A stretch of 59,368 bases of DNA, the filler included, from Sphacelaria rigidula (taxonomy: Eukaryota): assembly GCA_964200075.2 (NCBI GenBank). It is 7 parts of 7 records of this genome, joined end to end, with 100 filler letters (N's around TTAATTAATTAA, not from the genome) between each part and the next. Parts side by side here need not be neighbours in the genome. Positions count along the whole stretch, not along the records: positions 1 to 8,396 come from CAXNAA020011288.1; positions 8,497 to 16,892 come from CAXNAA020011289.1; 5 more parts are not named here. One strand, written 5' to 3'. The position numbers and the translations under genes are program-made. Positions 1 to 10,998 of this stretch are shown here, piece after piece; within the stretch, counting starts at the first letter, position 1, and each line of letters opens with the position of its first letter. The notes under the pieces are model-generated. The model saw nothing but the letters and a program-made list of their open reading frames with translations, was not told the DNA's origin and made no database searches.

Positions 1-408
1 GCAGTCAACCCCTCTTCGCAGGGTCGGGCTGCAGACCCGACCAGCGGCCCAGAGGGGGGGGGGGGGGGGGGGGACAATCAGAGAGAAGGTCGACGGGTCG
101 ATTGGGGCGTAGGGGAAAACTGAATTATACCTATCAAGCACTGAGAGCGAAACGCTGTTGAACAATGGAATCCATCATCTCGCTGCTCTCACATGGATAA
201 TGGCCATGTCGAGAGAAAAATGTGAGGTTCGACCACAAACAATATAGCGATCCCATAGAAAAAACAACGAAGGGCGCAAGCATCTTTCATGAGTGGCAAC
301 GCCTAGTAAACAGCAGGAGAAGAACACTTTTAGCGCATAGTACAACATTCAACTTCTCGTGGTCAAATTCTTCCACCGTGCTAGCACGGCTGAGTGCAAG
401 AACCTCAC

Positions 409-3400
409 TCGAATGTCGGCGGCCTCGCCCTTTGATCCGTTGATCCCGCTCGCAAATCCGCCCACATCGCCGTGTCCATTGACGTCAAGGCTGTCTATAT
501 CGTCGTCCTCAGGCTCTAACAGGGGTGCTGAAGACACGGAAGAGACTCTCCAAAGGTGCACCGTACAGTCGGAGCTGCCGCTAAGAAGGAGCTGGTCGTG
601 AAATCGGTTGTACTTGACTGTGTTGACCCTGAAAAACGAAGTTGCATTGTACGCAAAATATGCAAAGAAAGTGCAGTGGCACCCGTGCATTTAGACACGG
701 TCACCACCTAGTACGGGAGAACGTGAAGTGATACAGCTGTTTACTCCACGTATACTGTCGGTGGTAAGGGCTACTTCTCACAGCGCTACACTTTCAGCGT
801 TAAATATCGCTGCGATCGATGCACCCCAAGACTCTCGAGCATGCACCTCTCAAGACCTTTACATGAACCTACTTACTGCGGACGATGTAAACCCTGGCCG
901 AGGTTAATGTTGCAAAATTGACTGTGGGAGGGTTGTTTCATCGTGTATATACAACGCTGCTGTGCGGAGCGCAAGAATCGAAACAAAGGATGAGTATAGA
1001 TTGAAAAGGTCACAAAACATCCGTATCGCCAAAGGCAGCAAGCACGAGATAAATAGAAGAGGCTTGGCAATATCCTCACCAATGGTCGTGCCCAACAATG
1101 CTCTTGACGGGCGCTTGTGGATTCCGCAGGTCCCAAAATTTGATTAATCTGTCTTCGCCACAGGATACGATACAAAAAGGTTTGTTCGGATTGTAGTCCA
1201 CGTCTCGAACCGCGAAGCGGTGCGCTTCCTCGACGGTCGTTGTCACCCTGCGCAAGCACGGCGGCCAGGAATTTTGTCAAGCATCTCACTGTCGGGATAC
1301 TGTCACCATTGAGACGATAATAAATCCATTTGCTTACCTTGACCGCTACAAGCTCTCTGTCGATTCAAGTATGCTATGCAGAGCATAAGTCGCCGTTTCT
1401 GATGGATCCCACAAGAGCGGTGGATACTCAAGGATCACGATTCGGCGTAGTTCCGAGCTTTCACAGGTTCCACTTGAATGTGGGCCCAATCACAGCATGC
1501 ACGGAACGCCATTTGCACATGCCGGCGTACTTGTCCGCTCACTTCATGGTTCGCAGGTCCCAACACCTCACGCTGCATCCTGCCGCGGTCGCAACTTCCG
1601 ACGGACGATGCGGATCCCATGCCGCCGCTGGTGCTCCTCGGGCGGCAGCGGCAGCGCGACTACCCTCGCAGACAGTGGAAGAGCCTGTCTCCTCAAACCT
1701 TTTGTGCAGGGATCGTTGAAGGGGTGCATATTTGGAAAATCTGAGTCAACGCGGGCTGCGAACCCCCGCAAAAATGGTCTCGAGCGTAAAAAGGCGTTTC
1801 TTTTGCTCTGTTGTGCCCCCGGCGCTTGTTATCTCGAACGTTGACCATACATCACGGGCGGGTGGTTCACCTTATTTTCACGAGAAGAAACATAACTTCA
1901 TTATCGTTCCATTGAGAACGCTGCATCGGAACGAGCCCGGGATTGCATGACATCGTTATCGCATAAAACCAACAACTCGAGCACCCGGAGCAAGAGCAAT
2001 ATGACGTATTACTACTACTGTACGATACAGATAATATATTATCAGCCATCCTTCGAGCCACCCCATTAGCCACACCTTCCTTCCCCGAGACTCCATTTTT
2101 TCAACAATCCATCCGCCAGTGTCACGATTCCCTCTCCCTGGGACAATCCCCCGCCCATCGGACTCCATAAAATCGCCGTGGCAGCAGTCTGTAGGCCTCC
2201 GAACTGACCCTGCGGTTCCCCTAGCTTCTCTAGAGGTGCACCCCGTGCCCCACCCACGGCATGCTCCTGTAGTGGTTCCCGGCTTGGATCGGGTTTGGGT
2301 AACTTCCACAAGTTCACCTGCACAGCGGCGCCACGATTTTGCACGTTAAAATCGATTTGCAGCCGAGTTGAAATGAGCTGGAATATGAGTGAGGAATCTA
2401 TGGGCATTGCAGTCCGTCGTACCTTGCTTACTCGTGAGGGTGATACAGACGGTGGTCGGCAAAGCGGTGTAGACACATGCCAGGAGATGACGGTACGAGC
2501 CAGTATCCGGGGACATGCGCTACTTGTGACTGTATGAAGTGCCTACAGCAGGGTAACAATACGGCAACGGTGTATTACATTAATTAGGGCCCCGTGCAAC
2601 CGCATGTCCGTGTCTTGTCTATCGAAAACAAGTAGATATATCCCAGTGGGTGCTGTGTGCAAAGAGATATCGTCAACTCGGTTCGGGGTGTGTTTGAGCA
2701 AATATACTGGCGATTCGATCACTCAATGTCGCACGTGAGACAGTTATTTCACGCCATCTGCATACGTTTCGTTTTACAGTTGTACTCTGTAAACCACCCT
2801 TTTCTTCGCGTGTTGTACTCACAGGTTGGTTTCTCCCTGTTTGTCGTCGTTTTTTGCTACTTTCAGTGGCGCGACACAGTTGCTGGAGCGCACGAACGCA
2901 GCAGGGATTGAGATAGAAAAGCGACAGGATGCCCCACGTTTCGTTTGATAAAGCAGCGGGGGTGTGGTCCGGTGACGATGGCGTGGTCGTTTTTCAACAG
3001 GACAGTAATAAGCGTCCCATCAAACCGGTTTCAGCCAACTGGGATAAAGGGGGGGTGAAGACCACGCACCGATGCAGACTCAGATTGCTTCATGAAACGC
3101 AAATTAATAATATATTTGATCGGGTAGAACCAGCCACAAATAATTAAAATACCTTGAACTCGCTCCCCCCGTCGCCCCCTCCACCTCTGGCGCCGTTACT
3201 GCATGTGAGCAGCAAAGATGGATCAGCTGGCGACGGACTTACACCCCAAACCTCGTCCGGGTGCGAGAAAGCCTGCCGTGGGTAAATACATTGCGGTTTG
3301 GAAAATGTTGTGTCAAATATAAAATCAGAGAACCGAAAGGCATGGAAGTTGTACATGGCAAATACTCGGGCGTTCGTGTATTAGCAGTTGATTACATCGG

Positions 3401-3904
3401 AAGTCATCAGCCGCAAACGTAGTACGCAAGAGGAGGATCGCAAATGGGTAAATGCATGACTGCACTGCGCAAAGCTCGCCGTCGGCAGCACGATGCCGCA
3501 ACAAATGCGGACTCGTGCTGTACCGTCTGTGCTGGATTTCATATACGTGTTGTACTTGGAAAAGACCCACCCGTACTTGGAGAAGACCCGCCGCTGAGCA
3601 TGCAACGGTTCCACACTACAGTTTAGTGACACTGCACGACACTCTCGCTGTATTACCATGAAATCAGACACCAGACCTGATCACACAAGAGCTCATTGCT
3701 CTCCTCATGAAATCCTATGACATGCAGCTCGTTGGCTTCTCTCAGGCTGCAGGTCCCCACTACGAACCGCGGGGTGTCTCCATGTCCCCCTCCTCCACAC
3801 TCTTCTCCCAGAGTTCCGTCTGTCTGTGTGTCGCTTGATACCAGAGACGCTATGCACCGAGCCGGCCTCTTGAGGCTATATGTCGACGAAGCACTAGAGA
3901 ACAT
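409..3904 (-). CDS. EIPR1: EARP/GARP complex-interacting WD40 protein (EIPR1/TSSC1); 6 exons visible, 3' end runs off the window
   Basis: Hand-spliced GT-AG exons in consistent phase: 3904-3677, 3272-3153, 2317-2076, 1698-1543, 1247-1080, 628-409. Translation contains FVVGTCSLREANELH, FSHPDEVW, AAAWDPH, VRCWDLRTMK, AHRFAVRDVDYNPNKP, KFWDLR, GHDHWVNTVKYNRFHDQLLLSGSSD, which matches the TSSC1/EIPR1 family as I know it. Confidence 0.92.
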
Positions 3905-4122
3905 ACTTCTCTGCAGAACTGCGTCGGCAAAAGGTTGGCAACGCAGGCATAGGCAGGTGCTAGCTACCCAGCTACCTGTACCGGTAAGCGATGAGAGTCT
4001 GGGTGTGTCGTTTTTCAGAACAATTTGGGTATGAGAAGACCCGAAACTCAGGCGAATTTCAAAAATCCGTGTGCTGCACCGCGACGAGCACAGTCGTTGC
4101 GTTGGGGTGTTTGTGTGTCGTG
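3905..4122. promoter_or_regulatory. Probable bidirectional promoter/5' UTR region
   Basis: 218 bp between two divergent start codons (3904 on -, 4123 on +). No specific motif identified. Confidence 0.5.
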
Positions 4123-4343
4123 ATGGCGAGGCGTGCGGCCCTTGTATCCTTGGCTTTCCTTCTAGTTGGAAATGGTTGGTCGCCGCTGGGTGGTTGCTTG
4201 GCACGAATAAAGAAGGTGTCGGTGGATGAGAGGGGTGTCACGGCGGTGTTGGTCAGCGAGGCCTTCGGCATGGCCGCAGGTGGACGTATCAAGTTCGATG
4301 TCGATCTCAATTACGATCAGGATGAGGAGGATCTTGCACCAAG
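4123..4343 (+). CDS. First exon of a signal-peptide protein, GPR107/GPR108 (lung seven-transmembrane receptor)-like; later exons not located
   Basis: ATG at 4123 and a hydrophobic leader MARRAALVSLAFLLVG...CLA, followed by RIKKVSVDERGVTAVLVSEAFGMAAGGRIKFDV. This resembles the 'RI...D.R......FG...G' N-terminus of the GPR107 family. Donor AG|GTATGG after 4343. Confidence 0.5.
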
Positions 4344-4764
4344 GTATGGATGTATGAATGTACTTTGGTATATCCAGCTGGTGCTACCATGGTTATGTTG
4401 ATCTACTGCATCATTCGGTGGCGCTATATTGTACTTTCTGTTGCCTATACTACCGTACTGACAGCTATACACTGTTGTGCAAGTGTTGAGTATTGCTATC
4501 CTGCCCCGTTACTTGTACTTCGCTGACTGGAGCAATACTTGGTGCTGTGCTATGCTGTAACTAACTACTGTCCCTCCAACAGTAACGTACCACTACGACA
4601 CCATAGTGCATGTTTTCTGGTAAAGTAGGCAGTGCAGAGTGGTGCTCTGCGCTGCGTGCAAAGTGCGTGACGCATACATTGTGCCCCGCACGGCGGTTTC
4701 CGCCTTGTTCTTCGACTCCCTGAGACAATCCCACCTACAGGTTTACATTATTCACACGTACGAG

Positions 4765-4880
4765 TTTTTCGTGTAAATGTTTGTTTCTTGCTTTCTTCTG
4801 CGGGCTGTNNNNNNNNNNCTGTGACCACGGGTTCGAGAGATCGAGCTAATGTGATGGATTTAATAATATAATAATAATAA
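4765..4880 (+). mobile_element. 3' end of a non-LTR retroposon family with (TAA)n tail, copy 1
   Basis: CTGTGACCACGGGTTCGAGAGATCGAGCTAATGTGATGGA followed by a TAA-rich tail. Homologous to 25061-25280 (-), 57410-57600 (+) and 57745-57812 (-). Spans a 10-N gap at 4809-4818. Confidence 0.7.
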
Positions 4881-4928
4881 CGAGCACAGGCACAAGCACA
4901 AAAGCGGCAGAAGCGGCCCGCTAGTTGA

Positions 4929-5136
4929 CCCTCACACCGCGGTGCGGGTAGTCCATCAAGATCACGTATACTTTTTTCCAGTGAAGATTGATGCCGATTC
5001 AGCAGGTGACCTACCCTCGCCGTCAAAAGGTCAACCCTTATGACGCGGTGCGGGTAGTCCACCTGGATTATTCACTCTCTTTTCATGTGAACATTGATGC
5101 CGATTCAGCAGGTGCCCTACCCTGGCGGTCAAACGA
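4929..5136. mobile_element. Two tandem ~100-bp piggyBac-like MITEs (4929-5030 and 5035-5136)
   Basis: The units start CCCT and end AAAGG/AAACGA with imperfect TIRs (CGCGGTGCGGGTAG ... CTACCCTCGCCG). They are flanked and separated by TTGA, TCAA and TTAA, and share an internal TTGATGCCGATTCAGCAGGTG. Confidence 0.65.
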
Positions 5137-6204
5137 TTAAAAACACCTGTGAATGGGCCCGAAAATGTTTACACGAAATGACTGTCCACCAGATTCGTGC
5201 GGTGCGGCTATTTTGCAGTGGCCAACTCTTCGTCGCTTGAACTGAACGTTATGACCGGTCCGCGGAAAATCCCACCGCTTCTGATTTTCGAAACCACATG
5301 AATCTGGGCTCTGAACCACAGGCCATCCTACTCAATTTCCAACCCGCCAACGAAGAAGGCCCGACCAGTTTGAACTTCCAGTAGCCCGGGTTGCCTCACC
5401 ACCTGCACGACCATGGATGTGATGAAACAAGCGGCAGTCACAAATGACAACGCCCCTACCCTATTTTGGCGTGACAAGTTTGATTGTGTTGATGGCCATG
5501 ATGTTGCTGGCCGCCACCAGCTTTTACAATTTTTTCGAGGCGTCACCGATGAGCCTATTGTCGTGACCTGGGAGAGCTTAGCCCGTCCGATATCGGCTTC
5601 GTTCCGGCTGAGAAATGCGTCTAAATTAACATGAGTTTACGATTCCTCACACGGTCGCCGTATGAAGTAGGACGGACAAAGTATACTCTCTTCCTCTCAA
5701 TTCTCGTCCTACTGGCGGTATGGTTTCTCACTCGCTCTCTTCTGCAATGTTTTTGCCTGTACTGAGGAGGCACCTCTGCCTCAAGTTTTAAAAGTTGGGC
5801 ATGATCTACGAATGGTTATTTTGCGCACGTTTCTCAGTGTCTTGACACAAGACCAACAAGCAGCACCTCTTGCAGGCAGTACACAACGGCGCTGAATTCG
5901 TTTCCGCTTATATTTACGGTGAGTAAAAGCGGAATTGTGAAATTTGGCGTTTTGGGGGCGATTCTAAGATTCAAATACGCTGAAAAGGTCCTACAACACG
6001 CAGAATATCTCTTTTTGGCTGGAATCTAGGAAAAATTGCACGAAATTTCGTGACCGTTGCTACGAAATATTGTAACCGTTGCCCCGCCAACTCTCAAACT
6101 CCTCCCCTGAGTGCAGGCAGCGCACTGCCAAAGAAAGGAAGTGAGATAGTCCTGTAGCACCCCGTCTGTAGCAGAGTGGAAGACACGAGCTTATCGTCTG
6201 TTGA

Positions 6205-6302
6205 CCCTTTGACCCCGAGGGTAGGTCATCTGGCCATGAAATCCTTTTTCAAGTGAAGTTGATGCTGATTCAACAGATAGAACTTTGCTCGCGGTTAAAG
6301 GG
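6205..6302. mobile_element. piggyBac-like MITE, third copy
   Basis: TTGA|CCCTTTGACCCCGAGGG ... CTCGCGGTTAAAGGG|TTAA. The internal sequence is similar to the 4929-5136 units. Confidence 0.7.
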
Positions 6303-8396
6303 TTAAAACACAACCGCGGAATTCATAGTAAAAGTCCACTGATCATTGGTTCGAACGCCACCCTTGGCCGCAACGGGCGGAACGAAGTAGGTGTTGAAGA
6401 AACAAAACTTGTCAGGCTACGACGATAAACAGACCGCTGAGGCCCCGAACGTGAATAAGCTAGCCGCTTGCGTCCGGCAATATCATGGCCGCCGGTTTTA
6501 TTGGAATGGAATTGTCGGTTCGCATATTCAGTTTGTACACAGACTTGGGTCTACAACGACAATGTGTTGAGTCTCGATGGATTTGAAGTTGTGCCTCTTT
6601 TTCTAGTTTAGATCTGCAAAAGCCTACAGATACAGTACGGCGTGTCTTGCAGTCGTCGTTCTGTACAGGTACTCATCGTACTGCTTCCAAAAGACAAACG
6701 CGATTCATCAAGACACAGCAAATACATACCAAGCTCCGAAGCACCCATCTCACGCTCGCGTTGACTCCATCTACAGTAGAGTTCTTGAGAATTTTTTACA
6801 CGGCAATCTTTTGCTCGAAGAAGATCCCGCTCAGTACTGCAGGACAGGCTGCCGCATGCGTACCATTTCACAACGGAAAGCATATTTTCGGCGCGCGCAT
6901 CTGAAGATAAGTGATCTTCTCTCGTTCACTGTCAACCCTTCAAACGGCCAGCCCCATTGTCGCACGCTACGAGCTGATGAAAGGAAAAAAAGGCAGTTTT
7001 CCAGATATTTGGTTTCGTTCGCCAAAAAAAGCGGTCTTAAAAGTTGGCGTCGGTTGGCAATGACCCTGTAAAACACGCCACTCACTGCGCAAGCTAGGCA
7101 CCCAGGTCACCATTTTTTTTTGCGCGCTCTCGTGTGTTTGTTGCGGTAACCATGATGGTGATCGAGTTAGGACATGTTGTGCGGAGTGTGGAGAACCTCA
7201 ACTCCGCGCAAAGAGGATGGTCGTACTACGCAGTGTTTAGATGATGAAGCACCCATGAAGCAGTGTAACCCGTGGCTGTCTCTGGAAGTGAAGATACCAT
7301 GGAATGAAGCAACGCATTGGAGGCTGTCATCTTCATGCAAGATGATCGGTACGCTTCGGGTCGAACAGTCTTGGCAAGATCCAACTCACCCTTTATGCAA
7401 CTCACCGAACATATCACGGCGCTTCGCACCCGGTGATAATAGCGAGCCTGGTCCGGCGAAAATCCGGCGTGTTCCGTCCCGGCTTTGTAGGGGTGCGAGG
7501 TCAATGGTCTCATGTCGCCGGCATGCAAGATCATGAGTACACCCCATTCCTCGAGACGAGACCGTGGTCTCAAGGGGTCATCGATCCATCTATCCATCTC
7601 TGGTATACCCCGTTGCATTTTGATCTCGCGGATTGAGTCGGCACACCTGCACCGCGTCAACTCTCGTCAAACAAACTAAGTCAACTGTTTTTTCTTGTCT
7701 ACCCACGTAGGTACGCCCGATTTCGACGGTAGAAATCAGATACTTCCAAGAAAAATCCCAACGCGTCTGGCAGGAATCGAAGTCACGATCTCTCCAACCT
7801 AATGGTGGCAGGCGGACCGTCAGGCCACGGGGGCGCTTCGATCCGGTTGATTCGGGAAAGTCAAAACGTCATCGTTTGCCGAAAGCCTGTGGGTATCTTG
7901 GCTAGCCTAGTTCGTGCGGGATCAGAAACTACCGAAGTTTCGCGCGATGTTACATCCGCAACCTCGAAAAGAAAGCACCACGAGCATTTTTTTCGCCGCA
8001 GCTCCCGCCTTCAAGAAAATGAGCTCTTGAGCGTGGGTTCAAAATTGGTACGAGCTGGGCCGGGTAACGCTTCTTGTTCGCGGTTGGCAAGTGATGTGCC
8101 GCTTAATATGTGGACTTATAGTAGGCGCTGAAATTTTGACGCGATATTTTTATCATCAATACGCAGATAATATTCGGAGCAGCAAAAGGGAAAAAAAGCA
8201 AACAAACAAGAAAGCAGAACGTTGGAGCGATTTGAAATTTGAAAAGAAAAATTTCAGAAGAAAAAACAAAACAAAAAACTGTTGCCGGGTCGAGCACGAA
8301 GTTTTTGACATGCGTGGAAATTATCCTTTGAAAAATTCACGGTTAGGACAAATCATCACGACTGAAAATCACCAAATTCACGATTTCTTCGGCCTG

Positions 8397-8496
8397 NNNN
8401 NNNNNNNNNNNNNNNNNNNNNNNNNNNNNNNNNNNNNNNNTTAATTAATTAANNNNNNNNNNNNNNNNNNNNNNNNNNNNNNNNNNNNNNNNNNNN
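8397..8496. other. Artificial contig-joining linker (also at 16893-16992, 25389-25488, 33885-33984, 42380-42479, 50875-50974)
   Basis: Identical N44-TTAATTAATTAA-N44 spacer with stops in all six frames, recurring every ~8.5 kb. Confidence 0.97.
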
Positions 8497-9942
8497 ACAT
8501 AAAAACATGCCTCTTACATCTGGTTGAATCCGATTCTTTCTAAGAATCGGTGCAATGCTATGATGCCCTGGTGTTCAGAACTTCTCGAGAAGGCTCTGGT
8601 TTCAACACTACCAAGGAACGAAACAAATCGAATTACCTGAAGCTGTGAACAAGGATATCCTGACGATCGACGTGTACTGTACTGCGTCGGACTGTCTCCC
8701 CACGTGCTGTGAGCTTACGATTGTTACAAGAATAACGGTGAGACGGTTTGGAGCTTGAGTACTTTATGAACAGATGTGAAAGGATCGACCTGTAGTAAAT
8801 GAATATGAACAAACTCGTGCAGAAGTGGATGGCAGTCAAATGATAGGTAGAATCAAAGGTCCCACCCGAAATAGTGAAATTTCGTACACGTTGACCGAAG
8901 TTTTGTTATTTGCCTAGTTCAGTGATCAACCTGCACTGTAGAGTTAAGCAAATGTTGACAACAACTGGAGACTGCTGTCTGTTTGTATCAACTAAGCCCT
9001 GGGGATCCTAAGGATGCTCTGTCTCGAAAGGGATACGTGCTCAACGGTGAAACAACTAAGGCAAGCAACAACTGAATGAGTGCGCCTCCCCCCCCACTCC
9101 TTAGGCATCCAGCCGTGGCACATGATAATCGTACCCAACATGACAAAACCAATCTTAAACGCTCGCCGAAGAAAGGTGAAAACAGGAATAGTGAAAAGAA
9201 ACGAGTTAACAAAGAAAAGGTGAGGAAAAAAAAGAAAAAAAATGAAATGCGGCTGTGGTCGAAAAGGTCTTGCGCAGTGCTCAACCCCACCTACTTGTCG
9301 CGTTCGGTAACCAAAAATATTTGCTCCGCGAATTCTCGAGTATACTTTGTTGTGCGATGGTGATGAGGGTATATACACTCTCATGGGGAGCGAAGGGACC
9401 GGCGGGTGTTGGCAATCGACATCATCCAAAGAACCGAAAACACAAGCCATTTCATTGTAGGGGGCAGTCAATGATCGTCCCCTCATCATGTGGTTGCGTT
9501 GTAAGAACGCCGTTTTATATGGCACGGTGGCTGGTGGTACAGGTACCGTGATGGTTCCTTTGAGTTATCCCGTGATGTTCTCTCCAATGAGATTATACTC
9601 GAAACTGTCGTGGAGGAAACGGCCATACAGCGCATGATAGCTGGTTTCAGACTGCATGAAGCGCCTTGCCATACGAGCGCCATTAACTACAGCGGATCCT
9701 CAAACATGGTGATGAACGGAAAATGAGGTTCATCTCAAAAGCAATGCTTTCCCTGAGCTGAAGTCATGACAAATGACTTTCATATGGTAACCCCATCCCT
9801 CCCGACCTCCCTGAAACTATTTCGGAGGATTTCTAGCCTTCCGTTCCCCCAAAGGGGATGTGCGAAAGCAAATTTTTGCCTCGATTTCGGGGTAAAAAAA
9901 GGGACGCTTTTTGGCCAAAAAATCATGCTTTCGCACATACAT

Positions 9943-9984
9943 CACAATGTTTTCGTGAGATTGAGAGTAGTAGATGATATGATT
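9943..9984 (+). mobile_element. Left part of an AACAGTG-family MITE split by the Gypsy insertion; continues at 15389-~15508
   Basis: CACAATGTTTTCGTGAGATTGAGAGTAG...GATGATATGATT, resuming GATTGAGAGTGAAATGGGGTCG after the 3' LTR. Colinear with uninterrupted copies at 33193 and 59272. Confidence 0.85.
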
Positions 9985-10434
9985 TGTGACGAAATACGCC
10001 GTTACGTTGAGTTGGTAGTGATGACCTCGAGAATGACTGGGGGCACGGGGATTCTGGGAGGATTCTGGATAATGACCGGCACACGGGGATGATACCATGT
10101 GTGTCTAGAAGGTTAGTGCCTGGAAGGGGCACTTCATGAGGCCGTGTCTCATCGAATTATTTTGTGTCGAAAACGTGCGGTCGAATTGAATTCGCTCGTT
10201 TCTGATTCGTCTACGCCATTTATTTCCTCAGATGATCGGGAACATGAATGCCGTGGACGTATCAAGTACCAGCAAATTCGATTTCACCGTATGTTTTCGA
10301 GTCGAAAATAATTTGATAAGACACGACCTGATGACGGAAGGTTGTGAAGGCTAACAACCGATACTGAGGCCAGTAAGACTGGGAAGTCCCTCAACAGCAG
10401 TGATCCACCAGTTCTTTTTTTGGCTGGCGTCACA
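9985..10434 (+). repeat. 5' LTR of the Gypsy element (contains a MITE)
   Basis: Aligns by eye with 15141-15388 once 10140-10331 is removed. Confidence 0.93.
10140..10328. mobile_element. PIF/Harbinger (Tourist-like) MITE inserted in the 5' LTR
   Basis: TIRs GGCCGTGTCTCATCGAATTATTTT ... AAAATAATTTGATAAGACACGACC; 3-bp TSD TGA (10137-10139, 10329-10331); absent from the 3' LTR. Confidence 0.85.
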
Positions 10435-10555
10435 ATATCGATACTAGTATTAGTGTTGGAAATAGTACCTAGCAGAACCTGCTGGAAGGATTTCGGCGGA
10501 GAGTTTGACGGCTGGGGACAATCTGAAGCATCACGGACGCGTGGAGGGGGTTCAA

Positions 10556-10998
10556 AACACGGGATCTTACAAATTGGGGATGGATCATTTATTGGGGATA
10601 ACAAACCCGGAGAATTATAATCTTCATATCCACACCAAATCTTCGGAAATGGTTCCATTTTTTCACCTACTGATAGCTGTTGATAACTGCTACACGCCAT
10701 AGAAATTTGGATTTCGATCACCGAAATGTTGGAGTCCTAGGTGAAAAACCAATTTCGGAACCATGTTGGCGTCCGTTCGGACACCCGAAATTCCCCAAAA
10801 TTGGTTTTTCACCTAGGACCCCAACATTTCGGTGATCGAACTCCAAATTTCTATGGCGTGTAGCAGTTATCAATAGCTATCAGTCGGTGACAAAATGGGA
10901 CCATGTTTCGAAGATTTGGTGTGGATACAAAGATTTCAATTCTCCGGGTTTCTCATCCCCAATAAAAGATCCATCCTCACTTTGTAAGATCCCGTGTT
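10556..10998. mobile_element. Foldback MITE with ~200-bp inverted arms, inserted in the Gypsy leader/gag region
   Basis: Arms ~10556-10755 and ~10798-10998 are reverse complements. Ends are AACACGGG...CCCGTGTT, flanked by TCAA (10552-10555, 10999-11002). Confidence 0.85.

Noticed and set aside
1338..1398. 61-nt cassette/poison exon in EIPR1 intron 4 (CAG ... AAG|GTAAGC)
   Set aside because: Exons 4 and 5 join correctly without it, and only the splice-like signals support it.
6310..6420. Ulp1-like 'FFNTYF...WT' on the minus strand
   Set aside because: It is an isolated short motif without the catalytic His/Asp/Cys segments.
8441..8452. Periodic TTAATTAATTAA motif
   Set aside because: It is a synthetic six-frame stop spacer embedded in Ns.
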